From Octopus bimaculoides (taxonomy: Eukaryota), in assembly GCF_001194135.2 (NCBI RefSeq), contig NC_068984.1, positions 93,893,101-93,945,359 of the forward strand: a DNA stretch of 52,259 bases, given 5' to 3'. Position 1 is the stretch's first letter; each line of letters starts with the position of its first letter. This document shows positions 1-11,775 of this stretch, piece by piece. A model generated the notes under the pieces. That model had not been told where the DNA came from and did not search any database. It worked only from the letters and a program-made list of their open reading frames with translations. Both the position numbers and the translations under genes were made by a program.

Positions 1-239
1 CATACTTTATTCCTACATATGTTTCAAAGGATTACAACCTGTGTGATCCATAGGGATCTTTGATATTAAAATTGTAACCTTCTCATCAGGGAAAGCATGG
101 GAATCATCTTAAATGTAAGACATTATGACCGATTATGAAAACAATAGATGGATAAGGTTATGACTTGATTCATTTGAAAAAAACCGTTAGAGAATTGGAC
201 GCTGCCGGATAGTGGGTTGGACAACACATACCTATAAAT

Positions 240-508
240 GTGTGAGAACGTACATGCATACAAAAATACATATACACAAATCCACACATACATGCATATT
301 GATACACACACATATATATATATATATATGTACATATATATATATATATATATGTACATATATATATATATATATGTGTACTTGCATATACGTATATACA
401 CACACATATATATACACTCATATGTCCACATTTATACATATGCACATACGTATCCACACATATACAAATATACACATATGTGTGCATGTCCCCATATACA
501 CATATGTA
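240..508. repeat. (TA)n/(TACA)n compound microsatellite adjacent to a gap
   Basis: Visible directly. Similar tracts at 17930-18123, 11464-11500, 38430-38506, 40302-40352 and 51574-51605. Confidence 0.95.
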
Positions 509-2529
509 NNNNNNNNNNNNNNNNNNNNNNNNNNNNNNNNNNNNNNNNNNNNNNNNNNNNNNNNNNNNNNNNNNNNNNNNNNNNNNNNNNNNNNNNNNNN
601 NNNNNNNNATAAAGTCATTTTTAGCATGCAAATAATTAACTCCATGTTTGAAAATTTTTAAATAGTGAAAATTGCCTGTTAAAATATTTGAATTTTTGTC
701 ATTTGCCTTTTCTGAACAGCCCTACTACATGATTCAGTACTGCTCATAGACACAAAAATCAAAAAAATTAAAATATTTTATTAAATAATCTTGTTATTAA
801 AATAATTTACTCAAAAATGGACTTTACAAAGCCATACTACAAAAAAACTTAAGCAAAAAAATTTCATTTTTTATAAAAATTAATTTAGACTAATGAAAAT
901 ATATATTAGAACTCTTTGTATTGTTTTGCGTTGTCTTTTATCTTTTGTTGTGTGTGCGCCAAAGAAATAGTTTATTTTCATATATGAGTAGTGTCCCTTT
1001 AATATCACACAAAAATTGATAAAGATTTGAGAATTAAAATTAAATATATTTTTTTGTAATGGATAAAGTTTTACGAAACCTTTACCAATGTATTCCTTTA
1101 ACATTTCTCTTTCATATTAATATCAATATAGTAATTTTTAATCAAAATTAAAAAGAATGGTGTGGATTCAAAGTGGCGATGTTGGGTGTTACTACATGTC
1201 AGTCAACCAGTTTGGTCTATACATTTTTTCGCTTAACTTTTGTTCTACTGCACCAGATTTTAAGTATTTTATGTCTAAATGTAGCTTATCACTAGTCAAA
1301 CATAATAAAAAAAAACTAAATTTGATTTCGATTAAAACTGAATTAGTGAGACTGCTTGGAAGACGCCGACTGCAACAAAAAAGCTATGTTAAGAATATTA
1401 TTCAACTACTACCATAGTTGAATGATAATAGGTGATTCAGGAATGATCAACAAACATGCAGACACAGACATAATAACCAAAACCCTAGGACTTACTAATA
1501 TGCATAAAATACAGAAAATAGTGCTGCTAGGCACCACACACATATTACATGTGGTACTTTCAATACAGTAATAATGAAACCAAAAGAAAATGCTGCACAT
1601 AACTAAGGCACACAGAACTGTGCTCAGTAGTGCAGTGAAAGGACACAATAAAAATAAAACTGATTAATAATAATTTTTCTAAGTTTAACTTCTAATTTAG
1701 ATAACTCATAACCTTCATGTAACTTTAGAATAACTGATAATTGCCTATTAACCATCAGCATAAAAATAGAGAATATAAAAGTACAATGTGAACATATTAC
1801 TTTTAAAAAAGATTTTATTTGCACTGTCTAATGAAAAAATTAAGTAGTCCAACTTATTTGCTTAATATATTTTCAATTTAAAATCTATGTGTGTAATTTC
1901 TAACATAGAATGGTCTGTCTTAAACCCTACCAAACTAGTTATAAGAAGGATTGTCATATTTTGTGATGCACTAAACATTTTAGGGGTTAAACAAAAAGCA
2001 TGAAATTGCATTATTCAATATAGATATAAATTTTCTTGAGCATAGCTTTGACTTTTTCTAGCTAAAAGACTTTAGTTAATACTTACATGCTATTGTTTAT
2101 ACCTTTTGAGTGTGTGGTTTGAGATATACTATTAAAAAAACAAATATTTCACATCCTCCCAAAAGTTCCTATGATATCACTGCCACCACCACCACATCGT
2201 CGTCATCATCATCTCTTCTTTCATTCTGGCTTGAAATGGACAGTTCAAGAGCTGATAAGCAAATGGCTTCAGCAGCTGCATGCCAGCAACTGTACAGAGT
2301 GGTGCACTGGGTAGTTTTTCCATGCCATCAGCACTAGTAAGGCACCAAGTACTCTTAAAACAAAGCCCCACAACTGAGTGGGGTATAGGACAGAAAAGAA
2401 GTCTTACTGAAGTGGATATACAACTTCCTCAGCTGGTGGGGGGGGGGGAGAGGGAGAGAGAGAGAGAGAGAGAAAAGGGATAGAAGTAGGAGTACAATGT
2501 GAAGTATAGGGAGATAAATGGTAGGAAAT

Positions 2530-5170
2530 TGATGGAAGGATGGGTGTTAGATGATGATTTGTGGGAGGAAGGCTGGATAGGATCTCATTTTTGCTGAGAT
2601 GGATGATGAACAGCTTATCATCATTCATTTCAGTCCTTTGTTATCTCCTCTATGAGGCTCAACATTTTGAGGTTGGTCTTCACTACCACATCCCATGTCT
2701 TCTTGGATCTCCCTCTTTCACAGGTTCCATCCATGTTTAGTGATTAGCACTTCTTGCTGCAGCTGTTCTTATTCATCCACATCACATACCATAGCAACAC
2801 AGTCTTCTCTCTTGTACATAACATCTGATGCCTCTTATGCCCAATTTCTCTCTCAACACATTTGTACTTTGCTGTAGAAGCACACTGATGTTGCACATCA
2901 AGTAGAACATGGTAGCTTCATTTTTGTCTAGTTTTCACATCACCTTTGCATTCATGGCCCAAGTTTCACAACCATGTAGCATTGCTGTTTTTATATAAGC
3001 ACCATACAATCTTTCATTCTGAGAGATAGGCCTTTTGCTACCAACAGAGGTAATAACTCTTTGAAGTTTTTCCAGTATGTTCTTATTCAAGCATCTATAC
3101 TTTCAGCACATCCACCTCTTCTACTGGTAGTTAGGTCACCTAGGTAATAGAAACTATCTACAACTTGTAAGGACCCTCCTGAACATTCCAGAAACTCTAT
3201 TTTCTATGTGCTCTTGGTGTATATTACTCCTGTACATCTACTACAAAGTTTACTTTCTCTGTTTATCTTCCAATGATTCCACTGCACCTCTTCTGTATCC
3301 ATGCACGTTGTATAGAATTTTTATTTTCACTTCTACATAGGTCTTTGCTAAGTTAACTTTAAGGTTTTGCTTTCACATCAGAAATTTCATTTTTAATTCT
3401 ACTATAGTTGCAGCTATATGAACAAAGTCATCAGCATAGAGGAGTTCCCATGGATAATTGCTCTCAAGCCCTTCTGTTATGACCTAAAGGGCTATGATAA
3501 ATGGGAAGGGAGTGATGAACAAACCCTGGTGAACTATCTGCACTTTCAATTAAACACTGTACTCAATGTTAACTCTTGCCAGCCATTCATCTACTCTTAG
3601 CTAACAGAATGACCACCAGATGAAGGAATGAGGAATCCTGTTGAAAACTTTCTCCAGGTTGATGAATGTCAAACACTGATTTACTTTTAGCTAAATACTT
3701 CTGCAGTTGCTGTACTATAAAGAGAGCATCAGAAGTACTTCCTGGCACAAATCCAAACTGCATCTCATTAACTTTCTTCTTAATTAATTAAGCTATGACT
3801 CTTTTCATGACTTTCATTATCTGGTCCAGCAATCTGAAACTTCTGTAATTACTTCTCTCTCAGGCATCCTGTGTAACAGGATGCTATCATGCCAGTCATT
3901 GGGTATGATACATACCTATATAACCAGATTAACAATACAAGCAACTAGGCCACATCCCACTCAATCAGAAATTATAAGCATCTCAGCAGTAATTCCTGAT
4001 GGACCAGAGGCTTTCCTATCTGCATATTCTTAATTTCTTTGTCTATCACACAGCTGTCAACAAAAATGGCTGGACCATCAGTTGAGTTCATATTAGGAAG
4101 AGTTTCTTCTTTCCATTCATTCCCTACATTAAGTAGCCTTTCATAATAACATTCCCATATCTCTTTCTTTTCAGAATCAATATGTAACAGTGTACCACAA
4201 CATTTTGATTTTCTAATATACTACCTCGTAATTTGGAACACCTCATGCCTTTGGTTCTCATGGTAAACCTCTTCAGCTTCTTCTCTTGTTAAAAAGACCT
4301 GTCTCACAACTTCTCTTCTAACTACCTGGTATTCTCTACTGCTTTCATTCTTCCAAACTTGCATCATCACGTTTATGGCTCAATCTACTTTCTTGTTCCA
4401 TGACCACATTAACTTTGGACTGGTTGGAACTTTGTGCTCACCATAAATTTGACCTGTAGCCCTCATTAGGTTTCCCATAAGAACTTCCAGTAAACCACTA
4501 TGTTATATGTCTCTATCTCCTTCCCTTCATCGTTAAATGCTTCAATTAGAGAATTTCATAATCTCTGACTGATCAAAGGATCCTTACGCTTCTGTATCCT
4601 CCTTTTCCAAACTGGTTTGTATCTCTGAAGTCACTAACTACTAACCTATGACGAGCAGTCAAGTCTTTACTAGGAAAGAACTCCATTCACAAGCATCTGC
4701 CTATTCTGTTTTCTGAAGAGAATGTAGTCAATCTGGCTTGAGAAGCCACCAGAGCGATATGTGATCAAGTGATTGGTAGGTTTCTTAAAGTTAGTGTAGG
4801 AGATTAATAAGTCATTTGTACCACAGAACTCTAGGAACCTTTTCCCTCTTCATTTCTAGAACCAAAGCTACAACATTCATGTATACCATGAAATCCACTG
4901 AAGTGTTGCCCAACATGTCCATTGAAATCAGCAGCCATGATAAGAAGGTCCTCTCTTATAGAAATGGTCCTTCTGTTCATTTGCCAGTCCAGCTTGTGAA
5001 GCATATACTGAGATAAATATTATTATCGTATAATTCAATAGTAATCTTAACAATCCTATCACACACTATGACTACCTCAATCACTTTGCCTATTTCTCTC
5101 TCAAGAGTATATCTACACACCCATGTTTTCACTCCTCTGTCTATTCGGAAGAGTTTGTACCTCTTGCACA
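2530..5170 (-). mobile_element. Degenerate RTE-clade LINE (endonuclease, RT and C-terminal remnants)
   Basis: Minus-strand translations give endonuclease-like ISVYASQAGLANEQKDHFY near 4950-5000 and RTE C-terminal GHV.RM..D..KKC-like text near 2650-2800. Many stops and frameshifts. Confidence 0.75.
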
Positions 5171-5772
5171 CAACACATATCTATATGCCTCCAATCTAGC
5201 ATAAGAATCTCACCAGACATGCCTTTCATTGTGCAAACATTGATCATGGCAGCCCTAAGGATGTGAACTTCGGAAGAGTGAGTGGGGATTTGAGGTATTG
5301 TTTAAATTTCTGAGATGTTTGCAAGTGCCTGTACGCAGGTGGAGAGTCTTAAGACATGTCTTGTGAAACAAATATTTATTGTTCAATGAATTACACAGTT
5401 CCCCTCAATCATGTTGACCTCCAGGCATGAGCACCTACTAGCTGAGGGGAGAGGAACAGTGATGGTGAGTGATTGTGCACATACACATCACGCTATATAT
5501 ACATATGTACATGGGCATATTATATATATATATTTATTTATTTATAATTTTCTTAGGAAACACATTAATAACATAGAAGTGCTCAAGTTGAACCTGGTGT
5601 TAGATAAGTATAGTGGAGAGAATGGAAAAAGTTCAAATCAGGTAGACTATGATTAACACATACATATATGGGTTTAGTTAAGATAAAATAAGGATTGTCA
5701 GAACTGAAACATATATTGATATATTAGAGATATAAGAATACTAAAAATATACATGGACATATGGGTATATAG

Positions 5773-7120
5773 AAAAAGTTGACATACTCAATTACTAATT
5801 TTTTAAATACTGGACTTCATACCTTTGACCTTTACTTTGTGAAAGCAAAGGATTAAATCCAATAAAACCATAAGTAACTAAAACTACTGGCATATCCTAT
5901 AACTACTCACCAAAAGGGGACACACCTGCCCAGTACCCATCATAGCTACATATATATCTATATATTTATCTACCATATGATAAATAAATATATAGCTATA
6001 TATATATAGTGGATAGAATGGAAAAAGTTCAAATCAGGCAGACTATGATTAATACATACATATACTGGTTTAGTTAAGATAAAATAAGGATTGTCCGAAC
6101 TGAAACATACATTGATATATTAGAGATATAAAAATATATGAATACTAAAAATATACATGGACATATAAGTATATAGATATATAAACACACTAATAATAGA
6201 ATATAGATAAAAATAATAGTGAAATATAGATAAAAAACGTTATTAAAATTTTTTTTTAAATATGGTATAGTATTAGGCATTAAAAAGAGTTTTGGGTTAC
6301 ATGTTAAAAAAAATAGTGTACCGATGATCGTTTCTGGAGCTCATTCATCCAAATTACAGATGAATCTTAAGATTTATTTCCAGAGAATGCCTCCTTCATC
6401 ATGGAAAAGAACTGAACGCATATCCAGAGTAAACATCATTTTTCTTTTTCCCTGATGAAGGGGGCATTCTCTGGAAATGAATCTTAAGATTCATCTGTAA
6501 TTTGGATGAATGAGCTCCAGAAACGGTCGTCGGTACACTCTATTTCTTTTAATGTGTAACCTAAAACTCTTTTTAATGCCTATTACTATACCATATTAAA
6601 ATTTTTTTTAAAAACATTTTTTTATCTATATTCCACTATTATTTTTTTTTATCTATATTCTATTATTAGTGTGTTTATATATCTATATACTTATATGTCC
6701 ATGTATATTTTTAGTATTCATATATTTTTATATTTCTATATATTTTTATATCTCTAATATATCAATGTATGTTTCAGTTCGCACAATCCTTATTTTATCT
6801 TAACTAAACCAGTATATGTATGTGTTAATCATAGTCTGCCTGATTTGAACTTTTTCCATTCTATCCACTATATATATATAGCTATATATTTATTTATCAT
6901 ATGGTAGATAAATATATAGATATATATGTAGCTATGATGGGTGTACTGGGCAGGTGTGTATATTTAAGTGTGTCCCCTTTTGGTGAGTAGTTATAGGATA
7001 TGCCAGTAGTTTTAGTTACTTTTGGTTTTATTGGATTTAATCCTTTGCTTTCACAAAGTAAAGGTCAAAGGTATGAAGTCCAGTATTTAAAAAATTAGTA
7101 ATTGAGTATGTCAACTTTTT
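5773..7120. repeat. Large foldback (inverted repeat) with arms of about 640 and 680 bp, about 30-bp spacer and degenerate HHR-like cores at the apex; probable Penelope-like element termini
   Basis: 5773-6410 is the reverse complement of 6442-7120, with small indels. A third partial direct copy at 5611-5772 matches 6007-6176. Confidence 0.9.
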
Positions 7121-7517
7121 TTGTAATGGAATGTTTTAGGGGTTTACAAAAGAAGTAGGTGGTATGTTTTAGCTGGTCAGTTTCTTTATTAGTTGTTGTT
7201 TGGGGTATTTCCTGTTTTTCTATGGAAGGCCAGGGTGGGGGTATTAGGTATGTCATTGTGTTTACATTGTGCTTTGATGTTCACAAAAGGATGTAAGTAG
7301 GTGTAAAGGTTGTTGGTCTGTATGTTTCTCTTTAGGTGTCCATTGTTCTGTAAGCAAATTGATTAGCATGTAGAAATTTTAACCCTTGTGTTTTATGGAG
7401 GTAGAGTTTGTGGGCTATGTGTTTTCAAACATTGGTATTTTATTACATAATTATATGAGTAGACACTCAACACATTTATTGGGAGTTACATGTATGGATC
7501 TATACAGTTTGATTTAA

Positions 7518-7620
7518 ACTCCTTGGTACTCTGAGTTTCAAGTGTGTCACTAGTCTTCAGCTGTAGGACTACAATGACTGAAGACTAGTGACTTGCTTGA
7601 AACTCAGAGTACCAAGGAGT
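7518..7620. repeat. Short foldback with 43-bp arms, 17-nt spacer and CTGAAGA...GAAAC...GTA cores
   Basis: 7518-7560 versus 7578-7620 match at 40/43 as reverse complements. Weaker complementarity extends to about 7490-7652. Confidence 0.9.
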
Positions 7621-8109
7621 ATGAATCAGACTTTTTTGATCCATATATACATATATATGGAATAAAAGGTGTGTATATATTCACATATAAAAATGGAAAA
7701 AAATATTTAATTAAAAAACCAAAGTGATCTAAAAATTTTAAAAAAAGAGAAAAGAGACAAAAATAAAAAAAAGGGGTCTTGTAACTTGCTTGTAAACAAA
7801 CATATTATTTTGTGTACTTATATTAGAAAATCTTTTGTTGGAGTTTTGGTTGGAGATAGCAGAACTTTTAGACAATTTCTACAGTACTTGTTTAGTGTAA
7901 AACTGTAAATGTGTTTTTTATGTATATTATGAGGATAGTTTATGGTATAGGTGGAGAGAGGGGAGTCGGTGAGATATTAACATGTTTAGCCGTTATATAT
8001 GTGTGTCTCTATATATTTGTATTTGATGTATACATACACAAATATACATAAAAACATTTGTATACACATATTCATATACTAGTAGGAAAAATGTAGGTGC
8101 AAGAATGAT

Positions 8110-8720
8110 AATATTCTTTATTAAATGAACTTGGAAAAATACAGGACAAGAAGAGGAAGCCTAAAAATGATGAAGCTGCAACTGAAAAAAAAAAAAAAAA
8201 TAGTGCTATGATTTTCATTCAAACGTAAAAGTATAACAGCCTCTTTAGATTCCTCTGATGAAAACTCTATATGGAACATCCTATATAATAAAATATGGTG
8301 GTGACAGGAGGAGTTGAAACATTTGTATATGATGGAAATGCTACCTATCTTTTAACATTTAAAAATGCTTAACTCTCATGTTTTTCCAACTGAAGCTAAG
8401 CTGACATTTAAACATAAACAAATATGTGTTAATGAGAATGGGGTAGAAGAAGTGACTAGGTTGTACTTTAACTTTCCCAGTAACAATCAAATTGATCCTG
8501 TCAGCTTAAAAATAATGTGAGATAAATAGTGTGATGGTTTTAGGGAGATTTCCCCATTAAAAGAAATAAAACTTTATCCCTACTGGCGCAAAATGATCTG
8601 GAATCTATGCCTATGTAGCTCTGGAAATGGCTCTTGATACACAGAAACTTCCACCTAACAATCATGTTTTTTATAAAGCTTGACTAAAAACACCCAACCT
8701 GAAAGTGTACAAAATTTAAC
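8110..8720 (+). mobile_element. Decayed coding-like segment, possibly L1/Tx1-type ORF1 remnant
   Basis: Frameshifted runs such as EVTRLYFNFPSNNQIDPVSLKIM, GFREISPLKEIKLYP and GIYAYVALEMALD are long for this AT content. The family assignment is by loose recall only. Confidence 0.3.
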
Positions 8721-9140
8721 TCATCTTCTTCAATCTCAGTATACAGAGTATGATCTCAATTAAACATGAAGATGAGAAGATGCTATGAGAGGGGAAAAAT
8801 GGCCCATCAAATTTTAAGATATTACCTCAATGCTGTTCAAAGGCACCCTAGCCTTCTCTTTAATCTTTTCCCTACTTCTTTTGATATGAACTCACCCAAA
8901 AGGCATATTAAGTTCATATTACAGTTACAGCTGCAATACTTTTAAGCTGTCACTTCTGTTTGTCCTGTACATTTCCAGGTTCAATTAAGAGTATTACCTC
9001 TCTAGTGTGCATATTTTCCCTGCTAATCCCCTCTTTTTACACCCTCAAAATAGTTTTTTTATTGAAATATAACTAAAAAAGCATAAAAGATAAGAGAATT
9101 GAATATAGTAAAATGCTAAATTTTAAAAGCTGACACAAAT

Positions 9141-10074
9141 TAAGTTATGGTGGGTGGGGCATCATTTCCCATTCAAACTGCTCCAGTCTTTGGAATGTCA
9201 TCCACACTGTATGTGGTCGAGCATTATCCTAATGGAAGAACACCTTTTGTCTTGAAACCAAAGATGGTTATTTTTCTTCTAGTGCTGACCTAAGTCACTC
9301 AAGTTGCTGGCAGTAGATCTCCTTTGTTATCGTTTGGTTTGGGTTTAAAAGTTCAAAGTAGACTAAACCTTTCATATCCCACCAAACAGATAGCAACACT
9401 GTATGTGGGTGAAAACCTTCTTTAGCCTGGGGTGCCGGTGTTTCTCTTTTCCCTACCCACTGTCTTCAGAGCTTGACATTTTTATAGAGAACCTGCTTCT
9501 CATCACCAGTCACTAATCCATCTGAAAAAGATTCATTTGTGGGATGTGACAGCAAAGAAGAGCACACATTCACTCTCCGTGCGCAATCGGAATTGGAAAG
9601 TTTGTGAGGAACCCATTGACCCAATTTACTTACTTTTCCGATGGCATGAATGTGTTGATGAATGGTTAAATGACCAAATCCAAGCTTCTCTGTTAGTTCC
9701 TCAACAATTATGAAGTGATTTTGTTCCACCAGATCTATAGATCTTCCAGGATGAGGCTCGTCTTCGAGGCTGTACTTTCTGGAACCACTGTTGACACTGG
9801 CTTATGCTTATTGTCTGATCCCCATATATTGCATTAATATTCCTTGCACTGTTGCCTTTATTGAACTCATAAAGCAAAATATGCTGAATATGCTCCTTTG
9901 TCACTTCCATTATGGCTTTGAAAAAAGGACTTGAAAACTTGCACTAAGAACAAGGACAGGATAAAATTACTACCTGCTTTTATAGCAAGTTGATGCAAGT
10001 AGTTTATCCCATTCCCCTCTGACTTTTAGTTACTGCAATTGAAAAAACCACATTATTTATGGAATGGCCCAATA
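9141..10074 (-). mobile_element. Mariner (DD34D) transposon relic, 3'-truncated
   Basis: Track ORFs 9701..9910 and 9466..9729 encode KEHIQHILLYEF, WVPH and VTGDEK. H*DNARPH lies at about 9210-9235. Mariner-like TIR TATTGGGCCATTCCATAAATAATG ends at 10074, followed by TA. Confidence 0.92.
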
Positions 10075-10199
10075 TATAAAATTCTAGTGAGGAACCAAGA
10101 TGAGGGAGAAAATAATAAAAAAAGTAGCAGTAGATGAAATAAATGATACTAGTCTGAAAGCAGTACAACACATGATTCAACCTGTTTGAAGCAAAAGGG

Positions 10200-10430
10200 A
10201 TCTAATCACATTTACATTCTTGACAAACACCTGAAACACCCTGTGAATCTCCTCATTGGCATTAGTACTTTGGTTTTAGCTAGGTTGACTCTAAGGCCCT
10301 TCGATTCTAGTCCTTGCTTCCACACCTGAAACTTCTCCTCTAGTTGTGATAGTGACTCAGCAATTAGTGCAAGGTCATCAACATAGAGGAGCTCCCACGG
10401 GCATCCCGTCTTGAATTCCTGTGTTACATG
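10200..10430 (-). mobile_element. RTE LINE RT fragment
   Basis: Minus strand reads LLYVDDLALIAESLSQLEEKFQVWKQGLESKGLRVNLAKTKVL. Confidence 0.85.
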
Positions 10431-10438
10431 GATATATG

Positions 10439-10689
10439 TAAATTGAATATTAATTCAATTTAAAACCAAGTGGCCGAGCATATAAAAAAATCTGAAAAAT
10501 CAGAAATATTGTATTACATGTGTATAAGAAGGGATGACCACTAAGTGGACATCCAATATGCTAGAAAGAGGTCATCAACGACTCAACCACAAAGAAAAAT
10601 AATGTTCTCCAGAAAAAAATTTTGCAAAACACCAGAACAAGACAAAATGCTAGGCTATTTGGTTTTAAATTGAATTAATATTCAATTTA
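10439..10689. mobile_element. MITE-like element with 42-bp terminal inverted repeats and TA ends
   Basis: 10439-10480 and 10648-10689 are near-perfect inverted repeats. Each contains a 10-bp hairpin TAAATTGAAT-N4-ATTCAATTTA. Confidence 0.6.
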
Positions 10690-10805
10690 TCACCTTCTAT
10701 ATATAAATAGTAATTTAAATAGTTATGTTCTCCAGCCAGCAACATATACTGCAGTGAATTATTCTCTGCAGAATTGTTTCCGGAATTTGGCATGCCAGAG
10801 CTGAC

Positions 10806-11463
10806 NNNNNNNNNNNNNNNNNNNNNNNNNNNNNNNNNNNNNNNNNNNNNNNNNNNNNNNNNNNNNNNNNNNNNNNNNNNNNNNNNNNNNNNNNNNNNNN
10901 NNNNNNNNNNNNNNNNNNNNNNNNNNNNNNNNNNNNNNNNNNNNNNNNNNNNNNNNNNNNNNNNNNNNNNNNNNNNNNNNNNNNNNNNNNNNNNNNNNNN
11001 NNNNNNNNNNNNNNNNNNNNNNNNNNNNNNNNNNNNNNNNNNNNNNNNNNNNNNNNNNNNNNNNNNNNNNNNNNNNNNNNNNNNNNNNNNNNNNNNNNNN
11101 NNNNNNNNNNNNNNNNNNNNNNNNNNNNNNNNNNNNNNNNNNNNNNNNNNNNNNNNNNNNNNNNNNNNNNNNNNNNNNNNNNNNNNNNNNNNNNNNNNNN
11201 NNNNNNNNNNNNNNNNNNNNNNNNNNNNNNNNNNNNNNNNNNNNNNNNNNNNNNNNNNNNNNNNNNNNNNNNNNNNNNNNNNNNNNNNNNNNNNNNNNNN
11301 NNNNNNNNNNNNNNNNNNNNNNNNNNNNNNNNNNNNNNNNNNNNNNNNNNNNNNNNNNNNNNNNNNNNNNNNNNNNNNNNNNNNNNNNNNNNNNNNNNNN
11401 NNNNNNNNNNNNNNNNNNNNNNNNNNNNNNNNNNNNNNNNNNNNNNNNNNNNNNNNNNNNNNN
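10806..11463. other. Assembly gap (N run); other gaps at 509-608, 18124-18619, 20078-20087, 36219-37106 and 43748-43815
   Basis: Runs of n in the sequence. Confidence 1.
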
Positions 11464-11504
<41 letters not shown>

Positions 11505-11505
11505 T

Positions 11506-11775
11506 ATAGCCTCAGGCTGACCAAAGCCTTGTGAGTCAATTTTGTACATGGAAACTGAAAGACTTTTGTATATATGTGTATATTTGTGTATGTGTGTGTT
11601 TGTGCTCCCACCATAGCTTGACAACCAATGTTACTATGTTTACATTCCCGTAATCTAGTGGTTCGGCAAAAGACACTGACAGAATAAGTACTAGGCTTAC
11701 AAAGAGTAAATCCTGGGGTCGATTTGTTCAATCAACTGCGGTGCTCCAACATGGCCATTGTCACATGACTAAAAT
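11506..11775 (+). mobile_element. tRNA-derived SINE, 5'-truncated by the gap
   Basis: Collinear with the SINE at 20370-20749 (GACCAAAGCCTTGTGAGT...GTACTAGGCTTACAAAG...GGTGCTCC). Confidence 0.8.

Noticed and set aside
123-661. Long track ORFs rich in Y/I/M/C/H/T here and at 10665-11624, 17919-18987 and 36178-37159
   Set aside because: They are translations of (TA)n/(TACA)n microsatellites and N gaps, not genes.
1409-1648. Hydrophobic Cys-rich minus-strand ORF that looks like a membrane protein; similar short stretch near 29760-29870
   Set aside because: Hydrophobic residues are expected from T-rich strands. There is no family motif or convincing splice context.
1920-1990. TTAAACCCTA...TAGGGGTTAA, resembling tiny piggyBac ends
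   Set aside because: Only about 8 imperfect bp of inverted match in AT-rich DNA, which is compatible with chance.
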